DNA of 60,337 bases, counting the filler. It is 7 parts of 7 records of this genome, joined end to end, with 100 filler letters (N's around TTAATTAATTAA, not from the genome) between each part and the next. Parts side by side here need not be neighbours in the genome. Positions count along the whole stretch, not along the records: positions 42,061 to 60,337 come from SRR31147125_11356; 6 more parts are not named here. The stretch is one strand, 5' to 3'. The notes beneath the pieces are model-generated. The model made no database searches. It was not told the DNA's origin and saw nothing but the letters and a program-made list of their open reading frames with translations. Made by a program: the position numbers and the translations under genes. This document shows, in pieces, positions 55,011-60,337 of this stretch (position 1 is its first letter; each line of letters starts with the position of its first letter).

Positions 55011-55864
55011 TTGATCAAGCACAGAATTTAAGAAAAATAATGGATCATTCGAAAAACTCTGGAACTCGCGTTATTACTGTTACAAGCGGGAAAGGCGGAG
55101 TTGGTAAAAGTAGTTTTTCTGTAAACACAGCCATAGATCTTTCTAGAAGAGGCAAAAAGGTTTTGCTTATTGATACGGATTTTGGCTTTGCCAATATAGA
55201 TGTTATGCTTGGTGTTACAACAAAGTATAATCTTTCACATGTAATTAGCGGGCGAAAAGATATTCGCGATATTATTGAAAAAGGCAGAGGGGGAGTTAAC
55301 TTCATCTCTGGCGGATCTGGAATATACGATCTTGTAAAAATGAATGATTTTCAAATGAACAGAATTATAAGGGGATTCAAACAGCTTGATGATATTGCTG
55401 ATATTTTGATATTTGATACAGGCAGCGGGTTGGATGACAATATATTGAGCTTGATAAGAGCAAGTCATGACACAATTGTTGTAACAACAACTGAGCCAAC
55501 TGCTATAATGGATGCCTATTCTTTGATTAAAATTGCACACGATAGAAATGAAAAACCTGATATAAAACTGGTTGTTAATAAGGCAGAAAACGCCAAGGAG
55601 GCAAATGCTGCTTTAAATGGACTAGCTGCTATTGCTAAAAAATATATTGGAGAAAATATTGTTAAGCTTGGTTATATACTTAGAGATGAAAACATGAGCA
55701 GATCTATTAAAATGCAAGAACCAATCATGATAAGCTTCCCAAAATCGGTAGCTTCTGTCCAAATAGTTAATCTTATTGACGCTTTTCTTGATGTTGGGAA
55801 TAAAAGTTATAAAAAGCTTGGTATATTGAATTTTATTAATAAAATTGCTGGTAGTAACAATTAG
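55007..55864 (+). CDS. flhG: MinD-like ATPase
   Basis: DQA motif, SGKGGVGKS. Confidence 0.94.
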   Translation: MIDQAQNLRKIMDHSKNSGTRVITVTSGKGGVGKSSFSVNTAIDLSRRGKKVLLIDTDFGFANIDVMLGVTTKYNLSHVISGRKDIRDIIEKGRGGVNFISGGSGIYDLVKMNDFQMNRIIRGFKQLDDIADILIFDTGSGLDDNILSLIRASHDTIVVTTTEPTAIMDAYSLIKIAHDRNEKPDIKLVVNKAENAKEANAALNGLAAIAKKYIGENIVKLGYILRDENMSRSIKMQEPIMISFPKSVASVQIVNLIDAFLDVGNKSYKKLGILNFINKIAGSNN

Positions 55865-55932
55865 TTTATTGATTTTAATATTTACAATAGATGATAGAAA
55901 AAATTTTTCTGAAAGGTCGCTTAAAAGCTGAC

Positions 55933-56688
55933 ATGAATAAAAACGGGCAAATCGAAGATATTTGGAATGAATATTTTAAAACTAGAAAAGTAGACACAAA
56001 AAACATACTCGTTATGGAATATATTGATTTGGTTAGAAAGGTCGTATATCGCATGATGCCTACTTATGAGGGGTACAGCAATTTTGATGACATGGTAAGT
56101 TCTGGTGTTATAGGGTTGATGGATGCGATAGAAAAGTTTGACAAAGATAAGCAAGTTAAGTTTGAGTATTATGCTTCTATGCGTATAAAGGGCGAAATAA
56201 TAGACCAAATAAGAAAACAAGATTGGGCACCTTCTTCGCTTAGACGGAAAATAAAAGCGGTGACAAACGCATATACAGAGCTTGAAGCAAGGTTGTTCAA
56301 GACGCCTTCAGAAGAAGAAGTTGCAAAGCATTTGGGTATGGAAGTGCAAGAGGTTAACGACGTTATGCTTAAAAGCCATACTTTTAATATAATGCATTTT
56401 GAAGAAGTTGTGTCTCAAAACTCTATGTATGTAAACAACATCCCTGCTGGTGATGACAGTACAGAACAGAAGATTGAGAAAAATGAGACATTAAAAATGC
56501 TAGGTGATGTGATTGATAACTTACCAGAAAGAGAAAAGCTGGTTATAACGCTTTACTACTATGAAGAGCTAACATTGAAAGAGATATCAAGTGTTATTGG
56601 TGTTACAGAATCTAGAGTATCACAAATTCACTCCAAAGTTTTATTGAAGCTTCGAAACAATATAAAATCGTTTGCTCAAAATTTATAA
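55933..56688 (+). CDS. fliA: Flagellar sigma-28 (SigD)
   Basis: GVIGLMDA, RIKGEIIDQIR, VTESRVSQIH. Confidence 0.95.
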   Translation: MNKNGQIEDIWNEYFKTRKVDTKNILVMEYIDLVRKVVYRMMPTYEGYSNFDDMVSSGVIGLMDAIEKFDKDKQVKFEYYASMRIKGEIIDQIRKQDWAPSSLRRKIKAVTNAYTELEARLFKTPSEEEVAKHLGMEVQEVNDVMLKSHTFNIMHFEEVVSQNSMYVNNIPAGDDSTEQKIEKNETLKMLGDVIDNLPEREKLVITLYYYEELTLKEISSVIGVTESRVSQIHSKVLLKLRNNIKSFAQNL

Positions 56689-56757
56689 TAGTTGCCAAAC
56701 AATGTTTTTTTGACAGATATAGTAGTACAGTGAAAATATTTTATTTGTGGGGATAAA

Positions 56758-57338
56758 ATGGACAAATCTTCTTTTATTATTTTGTGTATGACAGTAATTA
56801 TTGCATTAATTGCGTTTCTTGTTATAAAGATTTTCTTAATGAACAGAAAGAAACGCAACTCAAAAAAGGCGATATGCATGTGACAGAAAAAAAGCTTCTC
56901 TCCTTATACAAAAATTTAGAAGATATGATTGAAAATGTTGAGATATACATCGAACATTCTTCTAAGAAAATTAAAGATGAGAGATACGAGAGTGAAAAGA
57001 TACTTGCAAAAATGGAAGAAACATATGCAAAAATTAAAAACCAGAGCAACAAAGACGATTCTAAACCCGAGCAAAAAGAGCCTGTGAAATCGCTCGAAAA
57101 AATTGATTTGGAATCAAAAACTAAGCAAGACAGAGAAGAGGTTAAGACCGATATAAAATATGCTAAGGTAAATATAGAGGAGCAAAAAAATATTGAGCAA
57201 CTAGTGCAAAAAAACAACGGGAGTAAAGTGAGTTTGGTGAAAGAATTGCATTCTCAAGGAATGAATAGTGAGCAAATATCAAAGAAAATGAGTATATCGC
57301 AGGGTGAAGTAAATTTAATTATGGGTATTAGAAAATAA
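56758..57338 (+). CDS. DUF2802/DUF6115-like membrane protein (frameshift ~56865)
   Basis: Restored N-terminal TM (MDKSSFIILCMTVIIALIAFLVIKIFL); C-terminal ISQGEVNLI. Confidence 0.7.
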
Positions 57339-57351
57339 TACTTTTAAAAGC

Positions 57352-57379
57352 TAAAGTTTTTTATCGTTTAATCCGAAAT
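57352..57379 (+). promoter_or_regulatory. Sigma-28 promoter
   Basis: TAAA-N16-TCCGAAAT upstream of the rod gene. Confidence 0.6.
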
Positions 57380-57418
57380 ATATAATAGGAACAAGTATAT
57401 AGCTAACTGGAGGATACG

Positions 57419-58174
57419 ATGATACAAAGCCTTTACACTGCTGGTAACAGTATGCTCGTGCAGACAAAAAAGATGAATGTGCTTGCAAATAATATAGCAA
57501 ATGTAGAAACTACTGGCGCTAAGAGAGATGTTCTTTTATCTCGTTCGTTTGCAGACAAAATGATAGAGAGAAAAAATGACCCTTATGTTGTGAATCAATC
57601 TACTCCAATAGGGTATCAAAACTATGGAGTGCATATAGATGAGATTATTACAGATTTTTCTCAGGGAGTATTGGAAGAAACAAAAATAACGACTGACTGT
57701 GCGTTAGTAGGAGATGGGTTTTTTGTTGTAAATACGCCACAAGGGCAAAAATACACTCGTGATGGTAACTTTATGGTTAATGCTGATGGAAATCTTACGA
57801 ATCAGATGGGGTTTCCTATACAAGGGCAAAATGGAGACATACAAATTGGTACATCGGACTATACAGTTAAAAGCGATGGAAGTATACAAGTTGGTAAAAA
57901 TATAGTTGATAAAATAAAAGTAGTAACTTTTGATGATTTAAGTGGACTTAGAAAAGACGGTAACAACTTGTTTATGAACTTTGAAAATCAAGCTGTTCAG
58001 GAAGCTGAAGAATATGAGATGATACAAGGATATCTAGAAGGATCAAATATAGATGTTGCTGATGCTATGGTAGATATGATTGAGATAGAAAGAACATATG
58101 AGCTTAACCAAAAAATAGTTCAAATGCTGGATGAAACATTGGATAAGTCAGTTAATAGCGTAGGAAGGGTATAA
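57419..58174 (+). CDS. flgF: Rod protein FlgF/FlhO
   Basis: ANNIANVET, YTRDGNF, LEGSN. Confidence 0.85.
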   Translation: MIQSLYTAGNSMLVQTKKMNVLANNIANVETTGAKRDVLLSRSFADKMIERKNDPYVVNQSTPIGYQNYGVHIDEIITDFSQGVLEETKITTDCALVGDGFFVVNTPQGQKYTRDGNFMVNADGNLTNQMGFPIQGQNGDIQIGTSDYTVKSDGSIQVGKNIVDKIKVVTFDDLSGLRKDGNNLFMNFENQAVQEAEEYEMIQGYLEGSNIDVADAMVDMIEIERTYELNQKIVQMLDETLDKSVNSVGRV

Positions 58175-58178
58175 TATT

Positions 58179-58940
58179 ATGTTGCAAGCACTTTATACAA
58201 CAAAATCGGGAATGCAAACACAGCAAAAAAGAGTGGATGTTATTGCAAACAATTTGGCAAATATTAATATGACTGGTTTCAAGTCTAGTAACGTAACGTT
58301 TAAAGATATGCTATATTATGATATGCAAAGACCTGTTGGCGAGCAAGATGACTATAACCTTAAATTAGGTACAGGAGTTATTCTTAATGCTATTAGTAAA
58401 GATTTTACTATAGGTACAGCAATTGGTACTGGAATTGAAACTGATTTGATGATTGACGGTCAAGGATTCTTCGCTGTTCAGCAGGCAAATGGTGAAGTTG
58501 GATATACAAGAAATGGATCTTTTAGAGTTGATACAGTAGATGGAACAAAGTATCTACTGAGTGGTTCGGGCAATTACGTGCTTGATGAAAATAACCAAAA
58601 AATAGAATTGGTTGGGAATACTGAAGATATGGAAATTAGCACAGACGGCTTAATAACTGTCGGTGGCGTTGAAATGGGCACGCTTGGTATATATGACTTT
58701 GCTAATAGAGGTGGTTTAGAAGTAGTTGGTGCAAGTCTTTATGCGGAAACAGTAGCATCTGGTGTGCCAGCGGCTGTTGAAGAGCCTGGTGTAAGACAAG
58801 GGTTCTTAGAAAACTCAAATGTAGATCTAGGGTTAGAGATGACTAAACTTATAAGATCACAAAGATCATCTAGTTTATCTGCTACAGCTATGACAACAGT
58901 AGATGAAATGATGTCTATGGCAAACAATATGAGAAAATAA
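58179..58940 (+). CDS. flgG: Rod protein FlgG/FlhP
   Basis: ANNLAN, YTRNGSF, LENSNVD. Confidence 0.85.
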   Translation: MLQALYTTKSGMQTQQKRVDVIANNLANINMTGFKSSNVTFKDMLYYDMQRPVGEQDDYNLKLGTGVILNAISKDFTIGTAIGTGIETDLMIDGQGFFAVQQANGEVGYTRNGSFRVDTVDGTKYLLSGSGNYVLDENNQKIELVGNTEDMEISTDGLITVGGVEMGTLGIYDFANRGGLEVVGASLYAETVASGVPAAVEEPGVRQGFLENSNVDLGLEMTKLIRSQRSSSLSATAMTTVDEMMSMANNMRK

Positions 58941-58961
58941 TAGAACTAAAAAGGTGATGCT

Positions 58962-59381
58962 ATGAGTGGTGATGTTAAAAGATGTAGGGTATGCGGTAAA
59001 TTATTTAATTCATTAGGATCAAAAGTTTGTTACGATTGTTCCAGACAAAAGGATGAAGTTTATGGCATTGTAAGAGATTACATTTATGATAATCCTAGTG
59101 CGGGTGTTGTGGACATCTCAAAAGAAACGGGAGTCGATTCAAAATTGATACTTGATTTTTTGAGAGAAGGAAGAATATCATTAAACAATGATAATATTCA
59201 TCTGAAATGCACAAGTTGTGGAACTTCGATAAGTGAAGGAAGATACTGCTCAAAATGCAAAGCTAAGCTGGCGAATCAGTTAAATGATATTGACCAAACA
59301 TATAATAGTAGTAATGGTAGTGGAAATAGTGATGCAAATGAAGGTAGAAAAAGACCTTCGGGGATGCATATAAAGTATTAG
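58962..59381 (+). CDS. YvyF-like flagellar operon zinc-binding protein
   Basis: CxxCGKLF..CxxC and CxxCG...GRYCxxC; upstream of flgM. Confidence 0.85.
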   Translation: MSGDVKRCRVCGKLFNSLGSKVCYDCSRQKDEVYGIVRDYIYDNPSAGVVDISKETGVDSKLILDFLREGRISLNNDNIHLKCTSCGTSISEGRYCSKCKAKLANQLNDIDQTYNSSNGSGNSDANEGRKRPSGMHIKY

Positions 59382-59406
59382 GTTTTAAAGTGTTATTTAG
59401 AAAAGG

Positions 59407-59694
59407 GTGATTATTATCAAAATTTCAGGAATCCAAGCAAATGAAATTGTAAGGAAGTATGCGAGAGCAAACGAAAGTAAATCTGTCAGCTCTAAGAAAA
59501 AGCAAGGTGCGGATAAAGTGAATTTGACTGAAGAGTCAAAAACATTCTCTGTTGCTTTTAAAGAAGCTAAAATGACTATGACAGCTGCAAGTGAAACCAA
59601 CACTGAAAGAATCGCTGAACTTAAAAGACAAATTGATGAAGGCGAATACTCAGTAAGTGGATACGAAGTGGCTAAAAAAATACTATTTGATTAA
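59407..59694 (+). CDS. flgM: Anti-sigma-28 factor
   Basis: DKVNL, ERIAELKRQIDEGEYSV. Confidence 0.92.
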   Translation: MIIIKISGIQANEIVRKYARANESKSVSSKKKQGADKVNLTEESKTFSVAFKEAKMTMTAASETNTERIAELKRQIDEGEYSVSGYEVAKKILFD

Positions 59695-59713
59695 TGGTTA
59701 AGAGGGATTTATA

Positions 59714-60213
59714 TTGGATATTTTAGCTAAAGACTTAATATCAATACTTAGTATTGAAAAAAGCGCCTATAATGAATTGCTCAATTTATCTATCGCAAAA
59801 AAAGATTTGATGATGCAGGATGATGTTTCTGGCATCAACAATACAACAGCAAAAGAGACTAAATTGGTAACAAAGATAAGCTCTTTAGAAAAAGAAGACA
59901 AAACGCAATAAACAAAATTGCTGATGATATTGGAATGAAGCCTTCGGATGTTACAATAGAGTTTATAATTGATAACTTAGATAAGGATGAATCCAGTAGG
60001 ATTAGTGACATCAAAAACGAGTTAATTACAATAATTGGAGAGTTAAACAGAGTAAATGAAGTTAATAAAGTTTTGATTGACGCTCAATTAGATTATATAG
60101 ATTTTTGCTACGACTTAATGGTTGAAAGAGATAGTGTCGGAAATAATTATGACGGTAATAGTGAATATTCGGCAGAACGTTCTAGAGCAGGTGTAATAGA
60201 CCGAAAGGTTTGA
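59714..60213 (+). CDS. flgN: Flagellar chaperone (frameshift ~59900)
   Basis: Helical protein, NEVNKVLI, located between flgM and flgK. Confidence 0.85.
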
Positions 60214-60223
60214 GGTGAGTTAA

Positions 60224-60337
60224 GTGTCAGGATCATTTTATGGATTGGAAATATCAAAAACAGGTTTGTTTGCAAGTAGATCTGCTATAAATGTTACAGG
60301 TCATAATATTTCAAATGCAAATACTGAGGGCTATACT
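60224..60337 (+). CDS. flgK: Hook-associated protein 1 (5' partial)
   Basis: GTG start; FYGLEISKTGL...VTGHNISNANTEGYT. Confidence 0.92.
   Translation, partial: MSGSFYGLEISKTGLFASRSAINVTGHNISNANTEGYT

Overview
This window is not one locus. It is seven unrelated contigs joined by six artificial 100-nt linkers (N44-TTAATTAATTAA-N44), so no biology should be inferred across linkers. Many genes carry single-base frameshifts in homopolymer runs, consistent with pyrosequencing-type errors. (1) 1-6202, low-GC Firmicute: tRNA-Tyr followed by two ~150-bp structured repeats ending in copies of the tRNA 3' end, then a decayed integrative element carrying an intact three-gene Lamassu/ABC-three-component defence system with an HNH effector. 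(2) 6303-11635, deltaproteobacterial flagellar genes fliA-orf-flgFGAHI. (3) 11736-20656, Bacteroidetes: cysD/cysN, two T9SS cargo proteins, partial SusC. (4) 20757-29871, Desulfobacterales-like: ligA, an acyl-CoA dehydrogenase-etfB-etfA operon with EtfA fused to an XRE-HTH/cupin regulator, and a PEP-CTERM zinc protease pair. (5) 29972-36667, Bacteroidetes: rpmE2, lon, two LytTR regulators. (6) 36768-41960, Firmicute: rpoN-acoR-sigma54 promoter-acoA cassette. (7) 42061-60337, clostridial flagellar/chemotaxis cluster lacking motAB, the export genes and cheW, with a CheA carrying a His-less second HPt-like bundle and an MshEN-like (c-di-GMP) motif pair. The most novel-looking items are the EtfA-XRE-cupin fusion, the CheA architecture and the tRNA-Tyr repeat array beside the Lamassu island. 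All family assignments come from motif recognition by eye; no database searches were run.
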